49,296 bases of DNA from Folioceros fuciformis (lineage: Eukaryota). The translations under genes were made by a program, and so were the position numbers. Numbering within the stretch: the first letter of the stretch is position 1; every line of letters starts with the position of its first letter. A model generated the notes under the pieces. The model was not told the origin of the DNA. It saw nothing but the letters and a program-made list of their open reading frames with translations, and searched no databases. The stretch spans positions 1-49,296 of the forward strand of contig JBNGIO010005968.1 of assembly GCA_049999805.1 (NCBI GenBank), in the 5' to 3' direction. Below, in pieces: positions 25,504 through 38,851 of the stretch.

Positions 25504-26001
25504 TCTAATCCGGAGCTACGCGCGGTTGTTTTTTGTGGAATGAGCCATGAAAGGCTTGGAAGCTCACATATTTTCCCCTGGGGAAGGACAACCTAGGCAG
25601 GTACAAGACAAAGGACATAAGATGATGAAAACCTCTGTTGAGTCCACGAAACGAAGGTGAGCTAAAAGGTAGTCTTGTTCCTGGCGAACGTGAACGGGCC
25701 TCAGCACTGGGTTTCCAGTTCGAGCGCTCCGGGCGCGTGCAAACCAATCGAACGTAGTGCCGGAGTACTATGTTCTTCATGGAGAATCTACACAATAAAA
25801 GTTTTTAGAAAGGGATCATAACTGCTATAAGCCCAGGAACCTTAACTGTCGTGTGGATGTCTCGGGCCTTTCCTTTCCGTGGGAAGGACGACACTGGCGG
25901 GTGACAAAGGTGGTGTAGTCACTCACTCCTCCGCGAGCGACAGGCATAAGGTGGAGACGAGTCTGGAGGTGAGCGTCGCAGTAGGGCGATCAGTCTAGAC
26001 C

Positions 26002-29000
26002 ATGCCTTCCAGGCGGAGCCGTGGTCGCGCTAAGCATGGCAGGCCGCCCACGGTGCTGTCCACAGTCTATGGTCATGAGCTCTGTACTCTCAAAACTCTT
26101 CTACTCCGGCTACTTGCCCCCCGTCCGGCTCTGCCTGCCATTCCAGCCGGGGATGTTCATCCAAACGGACCGGAGGATGCAAGCCCCAGTGAATGGTCCT
26201 TCTATTCGGACCTGCTCAAAGGCTTTAGGTCAGATACCTCAGGCCTCGCCCAGTCGGACTCGGAGCTAGTACAGGAGCCCCAGTTGTCTACAGCTCAGCA
26301 AGTTTCCCTTGCATTGCTGCTGGAAGGAGACTCCGCTGATTACGAGAATCTCCTGCACAACACTTACGGAATTCTTGGGGAAGGCGCGCCACGTCTGGGC
26401 AGGATTGACTTTCTTCAGAAATGGACACAACGAGAGGTGAATTCCGCATCACAGGTGAAATCTTCCGATTGTGGGTGGCTGTAGGGAGCAGGTCAGTTTC
26501 AGTCTGATGGGAGTCCGGCTCGTCGTGTCCACGTTCGCGAAAATTTGGGCAAAGAACACGTTTTCGTCAAGGAAGGATTCGGGATGGTCCATGCTCCTAA
26601 TTTGCAGTTGTTTGGCCTTTGGTGGATTGCAGGTCGTGGATAGAGTCATAGAGCTACAGTTTCGGCAGGGAGACAGACCAGATCATGTGCTTTGTGCTGG
26701 TTACCGCAGGGTTGTTACTTCGCCACTCCCACTCCCGTTTGATGTCTGTGACTTGTAGTAGTATGGCTTACTCACGGGTTCATTCTCTTCGGCAGCTTCG
26801 AGCTGGAGGGGCTCCCCACACGAACCTGGATGCTCCTCGAGGCCTGGAATGTGTGTTTAGAAACACAATTGTTGACATTCTGACGTCCGAGCCCTGGCTC
26901 GCACTCCAGTCTCGGGTACTTTCCCATTCTGCGTTCCTGTGTTCCTTCCAGTTTCCGAAAGAGAGGGATGCCTCGTTGGTGTATCGCCCTTAGACATAGA
27001 ATCGTACAGTTTAGAGTTGAATGTGGAGGAAGTTTCTGAGGTGCCTGACGCTTTCAATAACAGGTAGGGGATATGATCATGCTTTACCTCCTTTCAAATG
27101 CGTCCCTTTTCGTCTCCCTTCCTGATAACTGCTTCCTTCAAGTTTCGGGGCCTGCAATATACGCAGTTTCCTCGAAGGTGCCACCAAAGTTCAAACCTGG
27201 TCAGCCCTCTCTGTTGAGAAGTGAAAGGTCGAAAAGGCTCCCAAAAGATTCAACACGATGCAGCGTTGTTGGTAGGACCAAGCGAGGAGTGAAAAGAAAG
27301 AGGATGAGTGAAGATGCTGGTGATGTGTGTGCTGGGTACGTACGAAAGCGTGCGAGGGCCAGGGTAGAGGGAGAGTGTTTGAGGACACTGGACAAAACTG
27401 GCGAAGGGGAAGATCCAAAGCCTAATGAGGTCAAGTCTGGTTTAATTTATTGTACACATCAGGACCAAAGAATGACAGGAATTGTGCACGGGACAAATGT
27501 TTGGAAATGTGGCAGTGAAGTCATTGAATTGGAGTCTCTGTCCGTTTCAGGAAGTGCTGAAACTACAGCGCACAGTAAGATGAATTCCCTGCCTGGAAGG
27601 GTAGCAGGGCAGTGCGAGGGAAGCAGACCAGAACTTTACCACAAGAGGTATGTGCAAAGATCTGGCGCTTCCACAGGTGCAGTGGTATCTACTGGGACTG
27701 TGTTAACCAAATCAAAAAAGCGCACCCGACCTTCGAGCTGGCAGCGACGAAAAGCAGCAAAGTTGGAGCAACGTATATCTGACCCGGTATGTCCTCTCAG
27801 GTGCCTTCTGTTTTTCTTTTTTTTCTTTCCCTCACAACGGATTGATGGTTCCATTTTCAGCATGTGACAGCGTCAACAGGTCTATGCATTGTTGTCTGAG
27901 ATGGGGATAATTATGTCTGCTGTCACAGTTGTCAAAAGAAGGAACCACCCAGTCAAAAGCCAATCCAATTGCAGCTGATGAGGAAGCTGTTCAGCTGCTT
28001 TTGTCTGGGAGCATTCCATCTCTGGTCACAACAAGTAGTGACTGCAAATCGTTAAAGACCCTGGACCGGGTTGGCCACCAAATGGAAGGAACCGAGGGTG
28101 CAAACCCTAAGTACTTCAGTTGCTCTATTCCTCTTGATTGTTGTCCAGAAAGCTGGGGGGCCAAGCAAAGTGAGCCCGTGCACAACAGAAGGGACCACTC
28201 ATGTAACTTGTCCAGTCCTTCACGACGAACCATTAACCAGGCCAACCAATTTCGCAACAGAGTTGAGCGCTCCAGTATTTTCTACAGTTCTTCTTTTGCT
28301 CGCCATGCTGGTCTACCACTGAAGCGTATCCTAATCTTGAACTTTAATTTGATCATGCTTTATGAAGTCTTCCAGCCTTAGGTGCTTCCTGGGTATGCAA
28401 GCTTGACATTTAGCCAGACATTCTTAATGCCGTACGACCAAACATTGAAGGTGCTTCACAGCTCTTTCAGGCAATCTTTGGGGCAAAACAGGATGAACTA
28501 CCTTCATCAGTAGTAACAGACACTGGACAAAGTGAACAGAGTGGATCGTTGTAAATATCATGCTACTATGGTTGTCTTTCAATTTTGTCTCGAACGCAAA
28601 TTCATACGTACTTATTAGTATCTAAAAGGTTCACAGAAAGTGGCTGTACTGGTGTGGTTCAGGACTGCTTCTCGAATCCAAGGTCTCTTGAAAAGGATGC
28701 TGCAGAACTCACAGAAGTGTCGGTATGCTCTATTACTTGATAGACACTGCCCACTCCCAAGGCGACCCGTTCACAAGGTGGAAGCCCCTCCTGCTCCAAT
28801 CTCAAAGAACCAGGTACTTTCCTCTTAGGATGTGGCCCCCCTGAATCTGTCTTGCAATGGAGATAAACACTACAAGAACAGTGAGTACTTATATGGTTCA
28901 GGCTGGTTCAGGACACGTCAATGAAGAGGGAGGCGGGGCATAGAGATACTTGTGCGAATATTCACAGCAAGAAAGCTTGCAATCAATCACCTGATGTTGG

Positions 29001-32000
29001 AGGATGGTCTTTCATAGACTCAAGTAATTCTGATCAAATGGCCATGTTAGTCTCACATAATCCAACAACTGCCGCTGATGCGCTTGGGAGTGTCAGTACC
29101 GACCCTGTCAGCACAGACCTTGAAGACTCTGATTTAAGGGAGGACGAGGTGACAAGTGCCCAGCAATTTGTTTGTCACCCAAACACCTATCAATTATCAA
29201 AGCCGAGCTTACATAATTTAAACATTGCTGTAAGCAGAGACATGGAAGACTCTGATCCAAGAGAGGAAGAGGTGACAGGTGCCCAGCAAATGGCATTTGG
29301 CAAAGGAACAGGTGGAGTACATCAAGATAGCACATGTAGACCTGTCAGCACGCCAACCTGTGGCTTTCCCCTGCTGGAGAACATTGCCGGTGGGGAGGTT
29401 AACTCGAAGGATGAAGACCCTGGAGAGCGAAGGAACTGTGAACTTTCTATGGAGGAGCTCATTGTTAGCTTTTGCTCTCACACGCAGGTGGTGGCCTTCA
29501 TCTGGGCTGTGTCTCGAAGAGTGATTCCTCCACAACTGCTTGGCTGCAACAAGAGTAGGAGAGCCCTCCGGAGAAGCCTTGCCAGGTTCATCTCTCTTCG
29601 AAGACATGAAAAGTTCTCTTTGGCACACTTCTTCTACAGGCTTAGAATGCAAGGGTTTGGCTGGCATGAAGGTGTTCAACAAGCTACACAGAAGCCTTTC
29701 TTGAAGGCACCAACGAGGAGAATCCTTGAACTCTGGTGCTCTTGGTATTTCAGTCGCTTTGTGGGACCTCTTCTTCGTGCACACTTCTACGTCACAGAGA
29801 ATGAGAACCATAGAAGAGATGTATTCTACTATCGGAAGCCAGTTTGGGCCAGGATAAAGTCTATAGCTTTGAAGGACCTTGTTGACACCAGCTTCAAGGT
29901 GGTCAGTCCCAGCTGTCTGGCTTCCACACTGAAGAAAAAGATTCTCGGATTTTCAAAAATCAGGTTTGTACCCAAAAAGAACGGAGTGAGGCCAATATTG
30001 AACCTTGGAGCTCCGTCGCGCTGTACAGTCAGGTCTGATATTCCGAGAGAGCCCCTTACCTTCAAGGAGGTATTTGGCAAGGTAGTACAATCCATTCATG
30101 AGAGAGACGCCAATGGCTCCAGGGGTGGGCCGAATAATTCCCGGCATTGGGGGAGAAAATTCCAACTCGTTTTCAAGCCTGTCAATACAGTCCTTCGAGA
30201 TGTTCACAGCNNNNNNNNNNNNNNNNNNNNNNNNNNNNNNNNNNNNNNNNNNNNNNNNNNNNNNNNNNNNNNNNNNNNNNNNNNNNNNNNNNNNNNNNNN
30301 NNNNNNNNNNTGACACCTACATGAAGCTCGTCCCTTTTGTTATGGAACTGAAAAGCTCGGGAAATGGGCTGCCGCGTTTATTTTTTGGGATATGCGATGT
30401 TGCAAAAGCTTTTGATACAATCCAGCAGCCAAAGCTATGTGACATAGTGAGCAAGTTTTTACAACAAGAACGATATATTGTGCGCCGTTACGTTTCAGTT
30501 CTTCCAACAGTTGGTGGTGTGAGAGTCTCCCATGAAAGGGCTTGCACTTCCTGGGGAGAGCATCAGAACTTTATCGATTTCGCTTCATCTCTGACAAGAA
30601 ATTCTCAAAATCGTATTTATACAGACCAGGTAGGCTTGTTTCCTTCTTTGTTTTCTGACTTTTCCAGATTGAATCGAAGATGTTGAGGAAGTGCAAGTGT
30701 TTTGCGGCAGGTTTTCTTTGCTACATTATGCCGAGAAAGGATTCTTGCCATGCTGGATGATCACGTCAGAAAAAATATCTTGCAAGTTGGATCTAAATTC
30801 TATGTGCAGACAGTGGGAATCCCACAAGGGAGTGTGGTGTCGTCTCTACTTTGTTGCCTATTTTATGGCCATCTGGACCGACATTGTCTTCTACCATGTC
30901 TTCAGAAGTTTTTGGAGCCAAATGGCAATGGACATGTGACAGAGCCAATTCCCTCCGAGGGTGAAAGGAAAAGGTCCTTGATGGCGCCCTCTATAGACAA
31001 TCTGGTCAAGTGTTCTGTAGAAAAAGGTGCTGACTCTGTTTTGGAGGAGTCTGGGTGTTGTAGAAACGTTTGCAAGAGCAAGGTGATGTTGACCGATGTG
31101 ACAAATACTGCGCCAGACTTTGTGCCTGCTGTGGCTACAAATGCAGCCAAGTTTATGTTACTTCGGCTCATTGATGATTCTCTGTTCATCTCTACCTCTC
31201 AAGCACAGGTTTCCTTGTATGTGAATAAAATGCACAACGGATTTGAGGAGTATGGATGCCAGGCAAACAAGAAGAAAACTGCGGTGAGCTTTGACATGTA
31301 TTGCAATGAGCAGTTCATTCCCATGAATGTCTATCAGACTGAAGATGGAGCGCGGTTCATGCGATGGTGTGGACTACTTGTTAACTGTTACACACTTGAA
31401 ATCCAAGCTGATTATATCAGGTTTGCCTGAGGTGCCATGGGGTTGCTGTTTGCTGGTTGTCTGGTTGTGGATCTGTATTTCAGATTTCTACAGGGTTCTA
31501 TGTCGTCCTTTTCTAGTGATAATAAACCAGCGATGTTTTGACAGATATTGTGGAGAGCACATTGGCTCTTCATTGACAGTAGTGGTGGAGAACAATCAGG
31601 GAAACCATCTAGTGATCAAACTGTGTCAGTTTATGAGACCGAAATGTCACCCGCTGTTCTACGATTTGAACATCAACTCACCGGCTACAGTGAGGTTGAA
31701 TGCATATCAAGCGTTCCTGCTCTGTGCAATGAAGTTTCATGCCTATGTGCGTGCAATGCCTCGAGTTGGTGCTTACAATCCCACTTTCCTGTTCAAGGCT
31801 ATTTGGACAACAATCAGGTCATCTCCTCTCTTGCGTGTTGTCGGTTTAAAGATTTTCAAACAATATAGTATGAAACTTACATGAGGTTCAACTGTCATTT
31901 CTGTAGATATATGCATCGACTCGTGAAACAGCGCATGCGTACCATGGGCCACATTTCCAGTTTCCGGCCAAGTTTTTCATTCCCTCTGCAGGAGATGGAA

Positions 32001-32183
32001 TGGTTGGGCTGGACAGCCTTCCGAAAGGTTCTGTTAAGGAAGCAATGCGGCCACAAGCAGCTCCTTTCATTGATAGAAATAGAGCTCAGTGCAAGAAAAT
32101 ATTCTAAAATGCCTTCCTCCTTGCAACTAAGCTCTGCAGTAGATGACAGGCGATCTTGTATGTTCAAGTCAATCAAGTACTAA
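26002..32183 (+). CDS. TERT: Telomerase reverse transcriptase, multi-exon (contains gap 30211-30310)
   Basis: TEN/GQ (W.ALQSRVGDMIMLYLL...FLQVSG); CP (YALLLDRHCP); QFP (QVVAFIWA..RRVIP.QLLG); T motif (FYVTENENHRRDVFYYRKPVW); motifs 1/2 (KIRFVPKKNGVRPILNL); A (DVAKAFDTI); B' (GIPQGSVVSSLLC.LFYG); C (LRLIDD); E (WCGLLVN); CTE (MRPKCHP, LNAYQAFLLCAMKFH). Confidence 0.98.
30211..30310. other. Assembly gap (100 N) inside a TERT exon
   Basis: Run of N. The frame differs across it, consistent with an arbitrary gap length. Confidence 1.
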
Positions 32184-32549
32184 GCTTGCAGTAAATAGGC
32201 GAAGATTGATAACGAGATTGCAGACATCATTACGTCCTTGAATCTAAACCTTTGTTCCGGCTGTTGGCTTCTCCTCATACTTGCTTCCAAGTCCTAGGTG
32301 TGGCTTTGGAGGCTTTGCAGCTTGGTTGCGCAGTGTTGAGTGTTTTGCACAACCGATTTTCCTGTGTAAATATACCGTCACCGAGGATTGAAGGGGGTTG
32401 GCAGTTGCCAATATGGTTGCTCTATCAGTTTCGGTGGTGGCTTCCTTTGTGCTTGGTATCTTAAGCTGTGACTTTCATGTGCTTTTTCGAGGACTCGTCA
32501 TTCATGACCCATATTCAATGTACATCCTCCAACAAACCATCAGCAAGAA

Positions 32550-33485
32550 TCAGCTCAACGGCAAGCCATGTGCAGTACATGCGCGCAAACATGGAGCAAC
32601 AGGTATAGCCAAACCGTGATCGGCACAGGTGTTCATTGAATGGGCAGAGGTAGGCATTTGCATTTTACCCATTCCAAATCTGCCAGTTCGAGGAGACCGT
32701 GATGGGGATCGACCCCGAGGAAGCTCTGGGCCAGTTCTTCTGGCCAGGTGACTCGTCTTGGCCCCATAGCATGCTACCAGTCTGGCCATAGAATCCTGCA
32801 CTCCTCCATAACCTCCCGAGCCATCACGGTTGCCTCTTGATTTGCTTCCTCCCCTCTCCTGGCCACTCGGATCTCCACACATGTTGTACCGGCCCCTACT
32901 TTGGGGGGATCTATCAGCCACACGACCTCGGCTCCGTGATACTTCATACCCGTTGTCACGTCCACGGCTTCTGCCATTGCCCACCTCATACACATGGTCT
33001 CCACCCCAGGCATGCCCCTTGGGAGTGAAGTCATCAGCGGCATCGGCCTCCTGAGTGCGCTTGTTGCTGCATGACTCAAGAAACCTGGCATAGTCTTCCT
33101 CATTCCTGAAGCAGCCTCTGGTGCGGAGTCTGGGAGGGTCTGTAACGTAGTCATCGTCTGCAGGCAGGACGCCATAGCCATCATGTTGGCTACAAGCCAG
33201 GCAGAATCGCCCGGACGACGACAGCACGTACTGACTGCACTCCTTGCAGAAGAGAGGAACATCCGTCGTCGTCTGAGGCTCCCTCACAATCCTGGGGCCA
33301 TCGTTGTTCCGTATGATTCCATACTGACTGCACACATTGCAGAACTTGGCAGTAGTGCTCAGCCCGAAGTGACTGCACACTGTACACTGCGTCAGCTTCT
33401 TGGGCAACGCGTAGTTGGAGTCCGACGAGAAGTAACGCCCACTCTCCTGACATGCCTTCTGCCGGCTGTCTCCTACCGCATACAT
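32550..33485 (-). CDS. Hypothetical 311-aa protein with two CxxC-x11-CxxC zinc-ribbon repeats and an R/S/G-rich tail, single exon
   Basis: ATG-initiated ORF with CTVCSHFGLSTTAKFCNVCSQ and CKECSQYVLSSSGRFCLACSQ, plus repeated RSRGR motifs. Confidence 0.6.
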   Translation of the reverse strand: MYAVGDSRQKACQESGRYFSSDSNYALPKKLTQCTVCSHFGLSTTAKFCNVCSQYGIIRNNDGPRIVREPQTTTDVPLFCKECSQYVLSSSGRFCLACSQHDGYGVLPADDDYVTDPPRLRTRGCFRNEEDYARFLESCSNKRTQEADAADDFTPKGHAWGGDHVYEVGNGRSRGRDNGYEVSRSRGRVADRSPQSRGRYNMCGDPSGQERGGSKSRGNRDGSGGYGGVQDSMARLVACYGAKTSHLARRTGPELPRGRSPSRSPRTGRFGMGKMQMPTSAHSMNTCADHGLAIPVAPCLRACTAHGLPLS

Positions 33486-33845
33486 CTTGCTTGCTTGCTT
33501 GGGTCAGCTACAAGTCGTGCTCAACTGCAGATGTAGAGAAAGCTCTGTATCTCTCGCAACGAACACAAAGGAAAGTTGAAAGTCGATTGGTCTAGGGGGA
33601 TTGGGTCGTGGAGGATCTGGGGGTGAGGGCAATTGCGAGAAAGCACGATACAGGAAATGGCACCATTACAAAGGTCAGGATAGTCAGCAAGGTGATGAGA
33701 TTGTGCGCAGCTCTAGCATGTTCCAGATGTGGTCACAAGTTCTCTGCAAAGCCTGTGACAATTCCCCAGCCCTACCATGTACCCAAGAGATAAGGACACT
33801 CCAGAAATGTCTGTCCTTGCTGCGACCCTGCTCCACATCACCCTC

Positions 33846-34232
33846 TCATGCTAGAGAAGCAGCAGGGGCTGGCTGGGTAGTGTTCACGACCGGAGCCCGG
33901 CTCCTGGATCGCCCCCTCCTCTGCGGCGACTCGGACCCCTCTGCTCTTTTCCTCTTGTTGCTGGTCACCGTGGGCAAGCTCCGGCGATGCCTGTCTTCCT
34001 TGCTACTGCCCACGTCGAAAACTTCAGCACCAGCTCGCTCGATTTCCTTCCTAGACGGCCTGGGATCTCTGCTGCGGCTCCTGCACCTCCGGCGCTTCTC
34101 CTTCTGACTACTGCCTGCGCCTCTGCGACGCCCGCCCTGTGTTGCGTACCGCTGCGCCGTTTCCTGCTCTCTGTCCCCCCGCCTTCGAGACTTCCATGGG
34201 CCCTCGCCTGCTCTAGCATGCCTCTCCCCCAT
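33846..34232 (-). CDS. Possible small Arg/Ser-rich basic protein (128 aa)
   Basis: ATG-initiated ORF with RRRRCRSRSRD and RRGRSRSRAP. No recognisable domain. Confidence 0.3.
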   Translation of the reverse strand: MGERHARAGEGPWKSRRRGDREQETAQRYATQGGRRRGAGSSQKEKRRRCRSRSRDPRPSRKEIERAGAEVFDVGSSKEDRHRRSLPTVTSNKRKRAEGSESPQRRGRSRSRAPVVNTTQPAPAASLA

Positions 34233-34986
34233 GCTTGGGCAGTTCTGACTGCCAATGCGTCCAGTATCCGTCAGGCAAGTTCTGCACCTCTAGTGAATGC
34301 ATGGTGCTGCAGGAAAGACGCATGGGGCGGATTCACGCAGGCAGATGCGGAGGGATAGGATGTCTGCCCTGGTTGGGTCAGCTGATGGAGATTCTGTGCC
34401 AGGATTATGCCTGCAGTGCGGTCCAGTGCGAGGATTCTTGCTATCGTTGAACCTGGCTGATTCTGGGTCTGATGGTGCTGGAAAAACAAGTTGCAGGCTG
34501 CGTGAGCCTGCGCGGGAATGTGATGTGCGATGTTGCTGTACCTGCCTGCGCTCCGGAAGCAAGAACAGACTGCTAAGACGGGAGACAGTGGGAGAAATTG
34601 CGCGCCTAACGTGAGCCTTCCTGCGCTCTCGCGATCTCCAGCTTCAAGGAGAGCGGTGGCAGCCTCCGCCGCCAGCAGTCGCGTCCCTTGGGCTTGGGCC
34701 AATCGTTGCGGCCCCTTCTTTCTCCGTCCGTCCCAACGGGTCCCGTTTACGGAGAACCCTACGGCTCTTCACCTCCATTTCTCGCACGCCCGCTCTGTGC
34801 TGTGGGAAGGAGAGTCCTGGCGGCCAGGCCATCCTGCTACCCTCCCGGTCTGCACAGGTACGATCCGAGCGTATGACTCTTCTCGACCTGCACGTAGCTG
34901 TCTGTGGTCAGGTCCTGCTGACTCTTCTTGTCATGCGATCTGCAGAGTTGTTGATCGTCTCGGAGCGGCAATTCTTTTAGGTTAAG

Positions 34987-35703
34987 ATGATCAACTGCGA
35001 GGCCATTTCCTCCCTGGCTCCCACAACCCCCTCCACAACTCGCAAACTTGACTCGGATGAACCGGCGCCTCCATTTCTGACGGCTATACTGGACCATGAC
35101 ACAGCGCTGTCCTGTTCACTGTACCAGAAGGGCCTGACATGGAATCGGTACTACCTTCAGCTTCTGGAGTACTCTGGAGATGGCAGATTCTGGATCCCGG
35201 TCACTATAGCCATCTGGCTGGCTCCCTTTGCCGGGCATCTTAGCCTCAAGATCTTCAGTCGCAATCTTTTCCTAGGGTTGCTCCTCGATCTTGCGGTGGT
35301 TGGCTCACTGAAGCTCTTGGTTCGAAGGCCACGTCCAGTGTACAACCCAAAGGGAATGTTCGTTGTGGCCTCAGCAGACCATTGGTCATTTCCCAGTGGC
35401 CACTCCACCAGAGTTTTCCTGATTGCCACCTACTGCTGGCTGCACCTTCCTTTCTGGAAACACGTATTTTTGACATCTCTCACCCCTTCTCCCTCCAGTC
35501 TGGCCCCTCAACCCATCTGGCAGACCTCGCTTGCTGCAGTCCTTGCTTTGGTCTTCACTGGGACACTGTCGGCTTGGGCTCTGCTGACCGCTACTTCAAG
35601 AGTTCTGCTCGGTAGACATTACGTGCTGGATGTAGTGACTGGCTGCATTCTGGGTGTTTGCCAAGCTAGTTTCGTGCACTATTGTGTGCCATTGCAGCTA
35701 TGA
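34987..35703 (+). CDS. PAP2-family lipid phosphate phosphatase (LPP-beta-like), single exon
   Basis: PAP2 motifs KLLVRRPRP, SFPSGH and SRVLLGRHYVLDV; LEYSGDGRFW; several TM helices. Confidence 0.93.
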   Translation: MINCEAISSLAPTTPSTTRKLDSDEPAPPFLTAILDHDTALSCSLYQKGLTWNRYYLQLLEYSGDGRFWIPVTIAIWLAPFAGHLSLKIFSRNLFLGLLLDLAVVGSLKLLVRRPRPVYNPKGMFVVASADHWSFPSGHSTRVFLIATYCWLHLPFWKHVFLTSLTPSPSSLAPQPIWQTSLAAVLALVFTGTLSAWALLTATSRVLLGRHYVLDVVTGCILGVCQASFVHYCVPLQL

Positions 35704-35977
35704 AGAAAAAGAGTCTTCTGGAGTACGTGGAGTAAGACAGTAATCTATTCTCTCACTGCCACTCCAAACTCGCTCCACCGTGCGAATCAACGCAAATACA
35801 AAATGCATCTCTCTCCACGCAGTAGAATCTTCATGGTAGGTGACAATAGCACACAGAACGTATGAAGACCCGCTTTTTCTCAGTATCGGAATTTTAGGAC
35901 GAGTTCCAGAGGTGCATTATTTGCGTGTGCTCCCAACGCAACTTGTACCAGCTCTCGGAGTGGCCTGACATACCGAA

Positions 35978-38318
<2,341 letters not shown>

Positions 38319-38851
38319 TGTCATTGATAGGGTAGCTCCTGGACCTTCTTCACACAAGCTTTTGCGTATTCATGTGCTTGATAATGTGACGAGTAGTTGG
38401 GTAGTTGGAGCATGGTCTGGATGACCAAAATGTCATCCTGGGAACACCACCTCGATAGGAAGCCCGAAAGTGAACAATGAGCCTCAGATTGGGATTACTG
38501 TACGCGCGCACAAACAATTCTTGAGGTATTTTTGGGTATGTACACCGTGCTTATTTTGGGGCTCGAATCCGGCGGAGGAAGTGAGAGAAGTTCGTCTGAA
38601 GGCAATGGCCGTCAACCGACTCAACTGTTCACGCTTTACCGTACACCTTGCACGCTTCCAGCCAGCTTCAGGATCCGAAGATATAGGCCAATGGCGATCT
38701 TTAACTAGGCAAGTCGCGGATTCGATGCTGCCGGCTTGCCGCATTGTACCGGTCATAATCATGAACGTATGAGTATAGGACAAGATTCGAGCATATCAGT
38801 GAGCCTGTCGGACAGCCAGCTTGCTTCAATCGAGGTGCTGATACCACCACA

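Noticed and set aside
25631-25658. Minimal hammerhead-ribozyme-like string ACCT-CTGTTGA-GTCCAC-GAAA-CG-AAGGT upstream of TERT
   Set aside because: The core is CUGUUGA rather than CUGANGA, stem II would be 2 bp with a 2-nt loop, and there is no UH cleavage site after stem III.
25504-26001. Possible telomerase RNA gene next to TERT
   Set aside because: There is no CTAAACCCT-type template, no USE+TATA type-3 promoter and no G-rich 5' / C-rich 3' closing stem here. I spotted none elsewhere in the window.
28326-28418. TERT intron starting GTATCCT, resembling a U12-type donor
   Set aside because: The donor deviates after +7 and no TCCTTAAC branch site precedes the acceptor, so it is treated as U2-type.
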